Below, one piece after another: positions 29,878-39,300 of a stretch of DNA of 64,000 nt. The translations under genes were made by a program, and so were the position numbers. Source of the stretch: Spirochaetia bacterium (GTDB taxonomy: Bacteria > Spirochaetota > Spirochaetia > DSM-2461); contig CAXXIA010000002.1 of assembly GCA_963666985.2 (NCBI GenBank), positions 2,784,001 through 2,848,000 of the forward strand. The letters run 5' to 3'. The notes below the pieces were generated by a model. It did not search any database. It saw nothing but the letters and a program-made list of their open reading frames with translations, and was not told the DNA's origin. Numbering within the stretch: position 1 is the first letter of the stretch; each line of letters starts with the position of its first letter.

Positions 29878-30996
29878 GTGAGATTGGAATCGAACATCTT
29901 CGGGATCATTGCTCTATTCGCCGTACTCCATAGCGTCGTCATCGGCCTTTTCCTGACCTTCCAATCGGGAAAGCGGGGAACATCCGCCCTTCTTCTCGGG
30001 ATCGGCCAGATCGCGGGGGCCGTGCTTCTGCTCTCGGCCCTTCCGACGAATTCCAATCTCTTCGAGCTCTTCCCATGGCTCATCGGCGTACCATACCCCT
30101 TCGCTTTCGCGTACGGGCTTTTCTACTTCCTGTACATCGATTCCCTCCTGGAGGACGCCCGCTCGTCCCTGAAGAGGTTCTGGTGGCTATTCCTGGGGCC
30201 GGCTGCGGGCATAGCGCTGTTCGTTCCCTTCCTCCTCATGGACGGCGCGGCCAGGGACGAATACTTGCTATTCGTCCGGCTGAACCATTTTTTGCCCGTA
30301 TACGACTGGTACGTTTGGCTCGTCACGGTGGGGTACAACTTGGCCCTCCCCGTGGTGGCGCAGCTTCGGATCGTGAGATACCGCAAGGCCCTCATGGCGG
30401 AACGGTCCAATACAGAAGGGATCGACCTGTCCCTGATGTCCCGATTACTTTGGTCCCTGTTCGTCTGCTGGATCGTCATCGCCCTGCTGTGCATCGTCAG
30501 CTTCGACCCGAGCGTCAAGGAACCGATCCTGAAGGCTGCGACGCTGTTTCCCGCCTTCCACATGACGTTCATCGGCTACAGTTGTCTACTGGGCCGCTTT
30601 CCGACCGTCCGGGTCGAGCCGGTATCCAATCCCCTCGAGGGGAAGATGACCGAGGAGCGCTTGGTCGAGCTCTATGCCGTCATCCGGCGGGAAATGGAGG
30701 AGAACGAGCACCATCTCAATCCCGAGCTGACCCTCCCGATGCTCGCCGAGAAGACCAGCTTCTTCCGCAACGAGCTCTCGGAAGTCATCAATAGCCAGTC
30801 GGGATTGAGCTTCTACCACTTCGTGAATTCCTACCGGATCGACCATTTCAAGAAGCTCCTCCTCAAGGCCGAGGACTCGAATATCCTCGACCTCGCCTTC
30901 GCGTCCGGCTTCAATTCCAAGGGCGCGTTCTACAACGCCTTCAAGCGCATCACCGGAATCACGCCCCGGCAGTACCTTGACTCTACCTCAGGGTGA
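29878..30996 (+). CDS. Membrane-anchored AraC family regulator
   Basis: ~6 N-terminal TM helices; C-terminal LTLPMLA...LAFASGFNSKGAFYNAFKRITGITP. Confidence 0.9.
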   Translation: MRLESNIFGIIALFAVLHSVVIGLFLTFQSGKRGTSALLLGIGQIAGAVLLLSALPTNSNLFELFPWLIGVPYPFAFAYGLFYFLYIDSLLEDARSSLKRFWWLFLGPAAGIALFVPFLLMDGAARDEYLLFVRLNHFLPVYDWYVWLVTVGYNLALPVVAQLRIVRYRKALMAERSNTEGIDLSLMSRLLWSLFVCWIVIALLCIVSFDPSVKEPILKAATLFPAFHMTFIGYSCLLGRFPTVRVEPVSNPLEGKMTEERLVELYAVIRREMEENEHHLNPELTLPMLAEKTSFFRNELSEVINSQSGLSFYHFVNSYRIDHFKKLLLKAEDSNILDLAFASGFNSKGAFYNAFKRITGITPRQYLDSTSG

Positions 30997-32508
30997 TTCG
31001 TTCCCCATCTTCATTGTATGAAATATCAGCCAAGTTCGGATTCCAAGCCAGACAAAAGAAATCCCGCCGCATATAAGCAGCAGTCCTGCCAAATCAGGCA
31101 TAAACAGAACCGCGAACCTTACCATTTTCATTGCCGGCAACGAGCCGGCTGATACGATCAGAAGCAAATGAAATATTGTGGCAGGAATAATATGAGCAAA
31201 GAGAAGAACAGCTTTCTTCGGTCGTCGATCGGGGTTGGCCTTCCAGCGTCGCACCCAACCCAATGTAAAAGTAATGCCGAGTATCTGTACTATAGGTATT
31301 ACCAGGAAAAAGTGAAGTGTGCGGAATATTCCTTCTGTCTCCTCCGTTTCGATTGGCTGGTCTGTAAGCAAATCCGCGATTGCCTCGCACATGTTAAGAA
31401 GAGAGAAGTTCACGATCATATGGTTGGCATTCGTCAGCAGTATCAAACCGCGATTCTGTTCCGGCAGAAGCAGCATGTAGGCAAAGAAATCGGGAACCAT
31501 ACCGTCATGCCAGATTCGTAATCCGCCTTCCGTATCCTCAATGAACCAGCCCATGGCGTAGTCCCCCATATCAACCCCCATGGACCCGGCATTTGCCGCC
31601 GGATGCAGGAGTTCTGCCATTCCTTCCGGGGAAAGAACGGAGACATCATCGAGAGATCCTTCAGACAGCATTGCAGACAGATACCTGGCCATATCTCCGG
31701 CGCTGGATATCAGCTGTCCGGAAGGTACTGAACCAACAGGTCTTGGAAGATTCGGTTTTGGTTTTATACGGCCGAAATGCATTGTATATCCAACAGCCAT
31801 TCTGTCGGCCTTGGCATTCTCGAAGTCTGCATGACTGTGGATCATTTGCAGCGGAGAGAAGATATGGTTTTCAATATAATCACTGTAGCTTTCTCCACTC
31901 GCTGCTTCTATCACGAGGCCCAGAATATTGAAATTGACATCGCTGTATTCGAAAGCTTCTCCGGGGGATCGGGACGGGGTATATGTCCGGAGTTCCCTGA
32001 TGCGGTGTTCAATGGCATCGGGAGAGTCGTCGAAGTTCGCCAGGTGCTTCATCCCGATTAGCATGGGGAGTCCGCTGATCTGATTTAGCAGGTGTCTCAC
32101 AGTTATCTCGGCAGAAGAATCTGAGTTGGCTGTTTCGAACCACGGCAGATACTTCTGTACCGGAGAGTCCAGATTTACCTTCCCGGTTTCGACAAGCTGC
32201 ATTACTCCCATGGCGGTAAATGACTTGGTCAGCGACCCTAGGATGAATGGTGTCGTCAGAGACGGTTGCTCTCCATCCGGTCGAGCTTCACCGTAACCAT
32301 GGAAATGGACGATCCCTGAACTTTCGACAATCGCTAATGCTGCTCCGGGGATATGCAGTTGTTCCAGCTTCCCGTCTATGTAGTTGTCAATATATTCATA
32401 GGGGTTTACGGGATTCATTTTTTCGTCTGCTTCAAGAGGTGTAAAAGAGCAGAGAAACAGGATAAATACTGTAATTACAGAGCGGTGACTAAATAAGTTT
32501 ATTTTCAT
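30988..32508 (-). CDS. Serine hydrolase (class C beta-lactamase/AmpC-like) with C-terminal TM anchor
   Basis: SLTK (SxxK), YSD, HDG motifs; signal peptide; 3 C-terminal TMs. Confidence 0.9.
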   Translation of the reverse strand: MKINLFSHRSVITVFILFLCSFTPLEADEKMNPVNPYEYIDNYIDGKLEQLHIPGAALAIVESSGIVHFHGYGEARPDGEQPSLTTPFILGSLTKSFTAMGVMQLVETGKVNLDSPVQKYLPWFETANSDSSAEITVRHLLNQISGLPMLIGMKHLANFDDSPDAIEHRIRELRTYTPSRSPGEAFEYSDVNFNILGLVIEAASGESYSDYIENHIFSPLQMIHSHADFENAKADRMAVGYTMHFGRIKPKPNLPRPVGSVPSGQLISSAGDMARYLSAMLSEGSLDDVSVLSPEGMAELLHPAANAGSMGVDMGDYAMGWFIEDTEGGLRIWHDGMVPDFFAYMLLLPEQNRGLILLTNANHMIVNFSLLNMCEAIADLLTDQPIETEETEGIFRTLHFFLVIPIVQILGITFTLGWVRRWKANPDRRPKKAVLLFAHIIPATIFHLLLIVSAGSLPAMKMVRFAVLFMPDLAGLLLICGGISFVWLGIRTWLIFHTMKMGNESP

Positions 32509-32549
32509 CTTTCATCTTCCTGGTTTTTTGAATGGATAGTTGTCACTAC

Positions 32550-33107
32550 TCAGATATTGGAAGTTCCGATCGAACTCTTTTGACTGATTAACCTTGAATG
32601 CAGGATATCGACGGAGTCTCCAGTCAGTTTATTTATATCAGCCGCTGTAATCCTGTATTTGGAGGTATCATTCCTGTTCGGCTTCGGTTTTGAAGGAAGC
32701 AGGTCTGCGATATGCAGGTCTATTACAGCGGCAGGTTCCATCCGGAGCTTACTGGTGAGTTCTTTAGCGATTTTTGGATTCGATCCGTCGGCACCTCCGC
32801 TGATGGAAATAAAAGCGTAGGCACCTATTGCCCTCTTCAGACGCTTCATACATGCCCGCATAGGAGATGCTATGCATCCCATCCATATCGGAGCGACGAA
32901 TACGATTGTTCCATCAGGGTCTATTTCTTCATATGCATAATTCACTTTTGGGATGCGGTTTAAGAGCATGTCGACAGTCGTTTTCCAGATGGTTCTTTCC
33001 TCCGTTTCTGTTATTCGAATGTGTTTTGCATCAAGTGCTTCAGCAAGGCTTTGCGCCAGGGAGTCGTTGTTTCCCGTCAGGGAATAAGAAATAACAGTCG
33101 CTTTCAT
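32550..33107 (-). CDS. Flavodoxin-like protein
   Basis: SYSLTGNN, APIWMG, ISGG. Confidence 0.8.
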   Translation of the reverse strand: MKATVISYSLTGNNDSLAQSLAEALDAKHIRITETEERTIWKTTVDMLLNRIPKVNYAYEEIDPDGTIVFVAPIWMGCIASPMRACMKRLKRAIGAYAFISISGGADGSNPKIAKELTSKLRMEPAAVIDLHIADLLPSKPKPNRNDTSKYRITAADINKLTGDSVDILHSRLISQKSSIGTSNI

Positions 33108-33149
33108 TTTTTTTCATTCCTTCATCTTGTGTTTATTGCCGGATGACCT

Positions 33150-34226
33150 TCATACGGATGCGATTAGAGAACAGATATCCTTGCCGGCAGGGCAGAGGAA
33201 CGAACAGGCCCCACAGCGTGTACAGTCGTTCCTTCTCTCTTCCGGGACTTCGCCTCCTTTTGCGATTTCGGCAACGATGTCTTCCACCGGGAGGCCGGCA
33301 GGGCAATGCCCGGTGCACTGCCCGCAATGATGGCAGTCTTTTTCGGAAAAATCGGCAGTATCACCGACGGCAATCAGGTTGATACCGCTGCTCAGTATTT
33401 CGCTCCCTTCTGCGGAAATGCCCTGCATGATTCCTCCGCCGAGATAAAGCCGGTCATTCCGTCCGAAGACCTCATTGGACAGCTCGCCAACCGAAGTGTC
33501 CATATCGCACTCGACGATCACGGCGTGTCTGCGGTCCAGGTCCGCCATGGTTATGTATCTGCGCGGAGGCGCGCCGGTCAGGAAGGCATGAAGGACGAGC
33601 AGGGACTGAACGTTCTGGACCCAGATTCCTTTATCGGCGGGATACGTACCCTTTGGATATTCGATGCCGAGGAGCCAGGATACCAGCCTATTCTCTTCAC
33701 CTGCGGGGTAGGTATCCGGAACGTCTATGCATGTTACGCCTTCGATCTTCATCGATGGAGTTCCGGTTTTTTTTGCAAGATAGATACCCGATAATCCAAA
33801 GGCGGAATGGAGGATTCCTGAAACCCTCTCCAGCTCTTTCTGTTTGTTCTCGAGAATCCATTTGTCGTGATACAGCCCCGGATCGCACTCAACGCCGTTT
33901 ATAACAAGAACCGGCTCGGGATTCCCGGAATTCAGGACGGTCTCCAACTTGTCCGCCATGGCAAACCCGGCGCCTCCGAATCCTCGGAGATTGTTCGCTT
34001 TCATTGCCGAAAGAATCTGCGCCCGGCTTGATTGAAAGACGGCTCCCGTAACCTCGCCGTTATTTCGGTGCGAGACCATGGATTTGAATTCAATCGTTTT
34101 CGCGAATCCTGGAATGTACAATTCCTTGATGTTTCCGGTTCTCTGGAATTTCGAAAGGATCATCTTGAGAATATCCAGAAATGAATACTTCTTGCGAATG
34201 AGCGGCTTCCTGTTTCCATCTGTCAT
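33150..34226 (-). CDS. RnfC/PduS-like FMN + 2x[4Fe-4S] oxidoreductase, standalone
   Basis: LRGFGGAGF, INGVECDPG, YPAGEE, CHHCGQCTGHCP, CTRCGACSFLCP; GGAGG RBS before ATG 34226. Confidence 0.85.
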   Translation of the reverse strand: MTDGNRKPLIRKKYSFLDILKMILSKFQRTGNIKELYIPGFAKTIEFKSMVSHRNNGEVTGAVFQSSRAQILSAMKANNLRGFGGAGFAMADKLETVLNSGNPEPVLVINGVECDPGLYHDKWILENKQKELERVSGILHSAFGLSGIYLAKKTGTPSMKIEGVTCIDVPDTYPAGEENRLVSWLLGIEYPKGTYPADKGIWVQNVQSLLVLHAFLTGAPPRRYITMADLDRRHAVIVECDMDTSVGELSNEVFGRNDRLYLGGGIMQGISAEGSEILSSGINLIAVGDTADFSEKDCHHCGQCTGHCPAGLPVEDIVAEIAKGGEVPEERRNDCTRCGACSFLCPAGKDICSLIASV

Positions 34227-34450
34227 GTTAATTCCTCCATTACTTCGGATAATCCCGTCAAAGCGGGACTTGATCCGGATGACTGGAGGGACTATATGCA
34301 AACTTGAGTTTTGAATCGTCCATCGCTATCCAAATGGACGTTTGAAATTTGTTCAGTGAAATCCATTGTGGTGTTTCCCACTGGAAGTATTGGGTAGTTT
34401 TAATGTCGAATGGGGTTAGATATAAAAAAAGCTACACCACGGGTAAAAAG

Positions 34451-34479
34451 GGCGTCAATACTGGCGTTAGTGATTTACC
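34451..34479 (+). repeat. 29-bp dispersed direct repeat, copy 2
   Basis: GGCGTCAATACTGGCGTTAGTGATTTACC. Confidence 0.75.
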
Positions 34480-34520
34480 GGTGTTCAATGGATGGACATC
34501 TGCCTTATTATTAAATAAGT

Positions 34521-34817
34521 ATGACAACCTTGGACCAGATTACACGAATCCTGTCTCAGAAAAAGCCGATTCTTGCCCAGGCGGGAATCAAAGAGATAGG
34601 TGTGTTCGGTTCATATGTTCGTGGAGAGCAGCGTCCTGACAGTGATCTGGATGTCCTGATTGATATTGAGCGACCGGTGAAAATGGATCTGCTTAAACTG
34701 ATTGATCTGGAACAGGAGCTTTCTACGGATCTTGGGGTTTCCGTTGATCTTGTCTTGAAGTCAACACTAAGACCGTCTCTTGGTAAATCGATTCTTTCCG
34801 AGGTCTTATACCTATGA
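34521..34817 (+). CDS. Minimal nucleotidyltransferase (MNT, antitoxin-type)
   Basis: VFGSYVRGEQRPDSDLDVL (GSX10DXD), VDLV. Confidence 0.92.
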   Translation: MTTLDQITRILSQKKPILAQAGIKEIGVFGSYVRGEQRPDSDLDVLIDIERPVKMDLLKLIDLEQELSTDLGVSVDLVLKSTLRPSLGKSILSEVLYL

Positions 34818-35017
34818 ATCTGAATGAAATAAAAATGGACCGAAGCTGTTTGAAAGTCGGCAGTCATGCCGATTTGGAAAGAGATGACTGCGAGTATTGG
34901 GCAAATGCTTCGGATCGTGAGCGATTCGAAACCATTACCTATCTCAGGGAGTGTTTCTATGGCGAAGAGGCCACTACCGGACGACTTCAGAGAGTTCATC
35001 GAGTGTTTAAACGATAG
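34814..35017 (+). CDS. Small hypothetical protein, partner of the downstream nucleotidyltransferase
   Basis: 67 aa; ATGA coupling to MNT; YW...ER...LR...RLQRV pattern. Confidence 0.7.
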   Translation: MNLNEIKMDRSCLKVGSHADLERDDCEYWANASDRERFETITYLRECFYGEEATTGRLQRVHRVFKR

Positions 35018-35411
35018 CGATGTTCAATACCTTCTTGTCGGCGGTTGGGCTGTAGGCCTCTATGGAAATCCAAGGCTTACGAAAGATATCGATTTTCTGA
35101 TAGGTGTCGATGAGATCAATATTCAAAAACTCCAGGAAGCATTGCATGCTTTCGGTGGTCCAACTGTGGAAAATTCTGTGTTTACTGATCCTGGGAATGT
35201 CTTTAGGATGGGAAGTTCTCCGATACAGATTGATATTATCAATCGAGCGGACGGTGTTGATTTTTCCGAGTGCTACTTGAATCGTAATCTTCTGAAGTTT
35301 GATGACCTGGAAATTTCCGTTATCTCTCGAAATGATTTAATTCGTAACAAGAAAGCTTCCGGCCGACATCGCGACCTCGGAGATGTCGAGTTTCTCGAGA
35401 AGGCTGAATAA
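34959..35411 (+). CDS. Nucleotidyltransferase-fold protein (DUF6036/AbiEii-like)
   Basis: YLLVGGWAV..G.PRLTKDIDF, LIRNKKASGRHRDLGD. Confidence 0.82.
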   Translation: MAKRPLPDDFREFIECLNDSDVQYLLVGGWAVGLYGNPRLTKDIDFLIGVDEINIQKLQEALHAFGGPTVENSVFTDPGNVFRMGSSPIQIDIINRADGVDFSECYLNRNLLKFDDLEISVISRNDLIRNKKASGRHRDLGDVEFLEKAE

Positions 35412-35526
35412 AATCTTTCGGTTTGTGGCTTTTTTCTTTACTGACGTCAGTAGTAAAAGCGCCTAAATGCAAAAAAGAGTACTTGCTTGTCAGGTACCTT
35501 CCAATCGTTTGCTTTTAAGTCTTGGT

Positions 35527-36118
35527 TGCCTGGAAGAGGACTCTCCCTACGATCGGCAACGTCCTGTTGCCTTTCTCCGGGCGCTGGTTCGGCCTTTCGG
35601 CGCCATCGTGGCGTCTCAGCGTCCGCAGGACGCCGGCCTCACCCTTCGAGTCCTCTTCCACCGGCGCTTCACCTAAGAGTTCATGGAAATCATGAAGGCA
35701 CAAAAAAACCGCTCTCGAATAAGAGCGGTAAATACCTGGAAGAAGACTCTCACCCTCTGGTCGATTTCGTCCTGAAATCTCCCGGCGGGCCGCCTTCGTT
35801 CGCTTCCGCGGTCATCCTTGACCGCTCATCCTCGCTATCGCTCGGCGCTCACACCGGAGGTTCTCGTCTGTACTCGCAAGAAAAGAAAAGCCCCGACAAC
35901 CTTGCGGCCATCGGGGCTTTTCTATGCCTGGAAGAGGACTCTCACCCTCTGGTCGATTTCGTCCTGAAATCTCCCGGCGGGCCGCCTTCGTTCGCTTCCG
36001 CGGTCATCCTTGACCGCTCATCCTCGCTATCGCTCGGCGCTCTCTCCGGAGGTTCTCGTCTAAACACACAAGAAAAAGAAAGAGCCCGGCAACCTTGCGG
36101 CTACCGGGCTCTTTCTAA
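35527..36118 (-). repeat. Three tRNA-linked repeat units (35527-35732, 35733-35924, 35925-36118)
   Basis: Each begins on the plus strand with T(G/A)CCTGGAAGA(G/A)GACTC, the complement of the tRNA-Leu 3' end, and ends in a terminator-like hairpin; units 2 and 3 are near-identical. Confidence 0.9.
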
Positions 36119-36202
36119 TGCCTGGAAGAGGACTCGAACCTCCACGACCTTGCGGTCACTAGTCCCTGAAACTAGCGTGTCTACCAATTTCACCATCCAG
36201 GC
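36119..36202 (-). tRNA. tRNA-Leu (anticodon CAG), CCA not encoded
   Basis: GCCTGGATGGTGAAATTGGTAGACACGCTAGTTTCAGGGACTAGTGACCGCAAGGTCGTGGAGGTTCGAGTCCTCTTCCAGGCA; cloverleaf with long variable arm. Confidence 0.97.
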
Positions 36203-36337
36203 GGAAGACGAGGTTGAAAATACCGGGAGGGGCGGGTTTTGTCAATATGATTCGTTTTCGGTGCGTTTTGTCGGCGGAAGAATAAAGAAGGCGGGATAGG
36301 CTGCTGCGAGTTCGGATTAGGAGGCAGGCTTTTCATG

Positions 36338-36368
36338 AAAAAGCCGCGGCGGGCCGGCCCGCCGCGGT
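36338..36368 (-). terminator. Rho-independent terminator of the nuclease gene
   Basis: Perfect palindrome CCGCGGCGGGCCGGCCCGCCGCGG plus U-tract on the minus strand. Confidence 0.8.
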
Positions 36369-36398
36369 GTGGTCATTTAAAAAATCAAACGGATTGAT

Positions 36399-39300
36399 TT
36401 ACTGAACGCTGTGGCTTCCGAGGTAGTCCCAACAATCTTTATCGTAGACAATCCACTCGGAGTCATCCGTATCGGTTCCCGCGGAGGTGCTCCAATCACC
36501 GGCGTTACCGGTAAGTACGGACGGCTTTCGAACCAGGGTGTGGTCCTTGGTGGCCGACGCGGTTCCCGCGACTTCGGCTTCGGCTTTTTCACCGAAAATG
36601 CCGATTTGATCGATGATGCTGCCGGAGGCATCCAGAAGTCTCATGCAGTCGTCTCCGTTGAAATTGACGGCCGAGCTTTCAATATCGGTTAATCCCAAGA
36701 TTGTTGAACCGGATTGAGGATTGGCGATAACCAAAACATCATTCGCGGCCAGTTCTTCGGTAAAGCTGTACGAAGCGGTTTCGGTGGTGGACCCGTTTGA
36801 GTAGAGCACCAGGGTGTATCCGTTCAGATCCACGGTTTCGGAACCCGGATTGTAGATTTCCACGTACTTGTTGTAGCTCGAACCCTCGCCGTATTCGGAG
36901 AAGAACAGGGTGCCGTCCGTTGAGGATGAGCCGGAATCGAAAGAGAAGGCGGCGACAACCGGGTCGTGGTCGGACTCGCGAACCTGGGAATCGTATTCGG
37001 CATAGCGGTGAACGATATCGACCTGAGCATTTTTCATCAGGCCCGATGTGGCCAGGATGTGATCCAGCTGCTGGCAGTTGCCGTAGTAGAAATAACTGTA
37101 CCGTTCGTTTTCGTCGAGAAGCTCTTCTGTGACGCTTTCAATCGAAGCTTCTTTCAGGATGTCCAGAGTTTCGGAATAAGAATAATCGTTCAGGTCGCCC
37201 AGGACGATAACGTTCGCGTCCGCGTCGATATCAAGGATGTCGTTCACGAAGTCGCGGACGGCTTCGGCCTGAATATGACGTTCGGTTTCACTGGAGAACA
37301 CGGGCGGCTGGTTCTCACCGAAGATGTAGTCGTCGCCGCTCTTGGAGCAAAGATGATTGTTCACCAGGAAGACCTTCTCGCCGTTGAACTCAAACTGGGC
37401 GGCCAGAGGACGGCGGCTGTCTTTAAAAGAGTCAACGGAGAAACGTCCGGGGTTAAGGGTGAGTGAAGGACCATCGCCGTCATCGACCACTTCGGTTTCG
37501 GTGGAGGCCATGGGTGTGCCGGCGGCCGTGAATCCGACTCGGGAAGGATTGTAAAGGTAACCCACCCGGATGTTGGCGCCTTCCCAGCCGCCCTCATCGT
37601 TATTGTTGGGTGCGATTTCCAGGTATTCATACGAGGGGCCGCCGAGGCTTACGACGGCATCGATTATGGACTGAGCGTTATCGGCGGCGCCGACCGTACC
37701 GTCGTCGTCGCTGTAGCTGTCGTCGGTCATTTCCTGAAGGCCGATGATATCCGGAGCGTTCAGAGCGGTTGCGATGGTGTATGCGATGTCTTCGATTTTG
37801 GCCTGAATCTCGGAAGAGTTCATGGACTCATCATCCCGGGGAAAGTTCAGGATGTTGAAGGTGGCCACGACAAGATCGTTTTCATCGGTTTCCAGACCGG
37901 AGGTTTCTTGTTCCACGGGATTGGAAACAAAGCTGGGCACTTCGGTCGGAAGCAGCATGAAGAGGCCGTAATCGTAGCTCATCACGCCCGTAACCGGCGA
38001 GGTGAAATAATCGCCCAGTCCGGCCGAAAGAGTCTCCAGGCCCAGGATGTCCGCATCGTAATCGATGTACAGAAGCTGGGGATTTACGTTGTCTTCGGTT
38101 CGAATGAGTCCGCCGCGGGCGGTGGCCGAATCATAAGTTACGCCGGCGGGGATTACGGGGATTTCGCCATAGGTGGTTGCTCCGATAACCACCGGATTGT
38201 CGAATTCCACGCGCATGCTTTCCAGGCTTTCAAAGAAGTCGATGGCATCTTCATCGGGATCGAAAACACTGTCGTAAACTGTTTCGACGGCATCGTCGCA
38301 GACTGTTCCGGTCGGCGGAAGGATTCCGTCTTTTCCGATGACGACGGCATCGGGCAGGGGGTAATCGGTGCTGATAACTTCAACGGTCGGGTAGGTGAGC
38401 TCGGTCAGCTTCAACTGTCCGCTGTAGCCGTATTCTTTGACGGTACCGTCCACGAGAACCAGATCGCCCACTTCCTGAGAATGGGAGGAGTAGGTATAGA
38501 CGTAGATTCCTTCACTGGTGGATGAATCGCCGTCTCCGGCCGGACTCTGCATCCAGAAGCCGGAATCTTCAACGGCGGTAACAACGCCGAGGACATCTTC
38601 GATGGTTTCTCCAACCATGGGACTGGTGTGTGAGGCGCCCTGGACTTCGGAGATTTTGATGTAGCTGGATACTTCGTCCGAAACGTAGACGCTGAAGCCT
38701 GTGGAACCGGCGCGGCTGCCGTCGGAAGAAAACGCGGCCAGATCAATGCGGTAGGTTCCCTCTTCATCTTCCATGAAGATGTACGCATCTCCCTGCCGGA
38801 CGGCTTCTCCCATGAGATACCAGACATAGCTGACATCGGAGAGATCTTCTTCAACGGAAGCCGAAAGAGCCATGGGCTCGGAAACCCCGATGATGTCGGA
38901 AGCGTTCCCGATAACGGGAGTCAGAGGATTTTCAAGGTTGACGTCGATGGCGACTTCAATGGAACCGCCGTTGATGTTCGCGTCGGTGAAATCAAGCTCA
39001 CCGGTTGTGGTTTGATCGGTGATGATTCGGACGATTTCCATCCAGCCGAAGCATAAGTAATCGTCATCATAGAGAGAGACGCTCAGGCTGTAGTAGCCGG
39101 CGTCCAGGGTTGTTTCACAGGAGGCGACTGCACCGTCGATGGTCATGTCAAGGGTTGTTGTTCCATCGGAATTGAGAAGCGAGGCGTTGAGAAGTGGAGT
39201 TTGAATCTCGGTTTCATCCCAGAAGACGCTGAGGGACAAGGTTCCTTCGCCTTCCAATGGCCGGATGTTTAAAACAACCGAAACTCTTTCGCCTGAATTG

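Noticed and set aside
30988..32508. Bona fide beta-lactam resistance gene
   Set aside because: YSD/HDG variants and TM tail fit a generic serine hydrolase/peptidase
21500..35450. Integron cassette array
   Set aside because: Mixed gene orientations, no recognisable attC (RYYYAAC...GTTRRRY) sites and no intI
35527..36118. CRISPR array
   Set aside because: Period is ~200 bp, two 'spacers' are near-identical, the repeat is a tRNA end, and no cas genes are present
35487..36299. 270-aa ORF with an internal repeat
   Set aside because: It runs across the tRNA-linked repeats and antisense to the tRNA; spurious
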